Source: Gordius albopunctatus
Taxonomy: Eukaryota
Direction: 5' to 3'
Length of the DNA stretch: 64,000 nt
Assembly: GCA_964276515.1 (NCBI GenBank)
Contig: OZ193910.1
Coordinates: 4,588,001-4,652,000, forward strand
Numbering within the stretch: position 1 is the first letter of the stretch; the number at the start of each line of letters is the position of its first letter. Below the pieces are notes generated by a model. That model was not told where the DNA came from. It ran no database searches and worked only from the letters and a program-made list of their open reading frames with translations. Of this stretch, positions 63,401-64,000 are shown in pieces. The position numbers and the translations under genes are program-made.

Positions 63401-64000
63401 TGATAAATGTAGGCATCTGCTGCGGAAAATGGAAACTTTTTACGATTTGAAACATTAAATCAAAGCATGGGCCTACGCAGGTTTTGAATTAGGGGGGGGG
63501 GGGGGGTCAGATTAAAAAAAAAATTTTCTCGACTATCCAAAAATCTTCCTGAGAGCAAAAAAAAGGTCTTCGACTACTAAATTCCTAAATTTTTCCTGAG
63601 ACCCGCAGGGGGTAGCCGCCCTCCCTGCCCTCCGTTGACTAATTAGGGAGGGGGGGGGGAGGGGTACGCCCATCAATCAAAGTCATTTTTTTGCTTATTT
63701 TTCACGTCAATTATTATTATTATAGGACAATCGTGTCCTCTCCTGCGTAGCTAAATAAATTAAAAAATCTAATTTTGTCATTTTTTGCGCGTTAAATAAG
63801 GAGAAAAATGAAAATACAATTAAGAAAGTGACAATAAATGTTGATATATCTCAGTTCTTCGGGCATTATTAAGTTCAGGATTAAAAGTTTTATTCAGAAA
63901 CAAATAATTATGATATTGTTTCTTAATTACAAAAAAATATATAAAATTGCTTGAAGGGCCAGGGGGCCAAAGATTTTTCCCTTGGGGGGGGGCATGAGGC

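Overview
AT-rich, intron-containing eukaryotic (invertebrate-like) genomic DNA; no prokaryotic features and no CRISPR array. Host genes: the 3' end of an unidentified + strand gene (1-~806); a two-exon LRR transmembrane receptor (-, 4110-6264); a diverged ~35-exon ARFGEF3/BIG3-like gene reconstructed by hand (+, 7079-31097); a two-exon rhodopsin-class orphan GPCR (+, 32602-33914); a CHST-like sulfotransferase (-, 49072-50133); and an orphan ORF (-, 52164-52709). The rest is dense with transposons: hAT elements and MITEs with 8-bp TSDs, Tc1/pogo MITEs, an IS630-like DD34E relic, a mini-Helitron, a solo LTR and a foldback. The most interesting region is 34.5-47.8 kb. It holds a Helentron/DINE-1-like element (20-bp subterminal inverted repeats, GTCY microsatellite, terminal GAA hairpin) with a tRNA-derived ~276-bp tandem array. 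A full-length RTE retrotransposon sits inside this array, and its 5' end coincides with a twister-ribozyme-like fold that lacks the strand self-cleavage would remove. All family assignments come from manual reading and remembered motifs; no searches were run.
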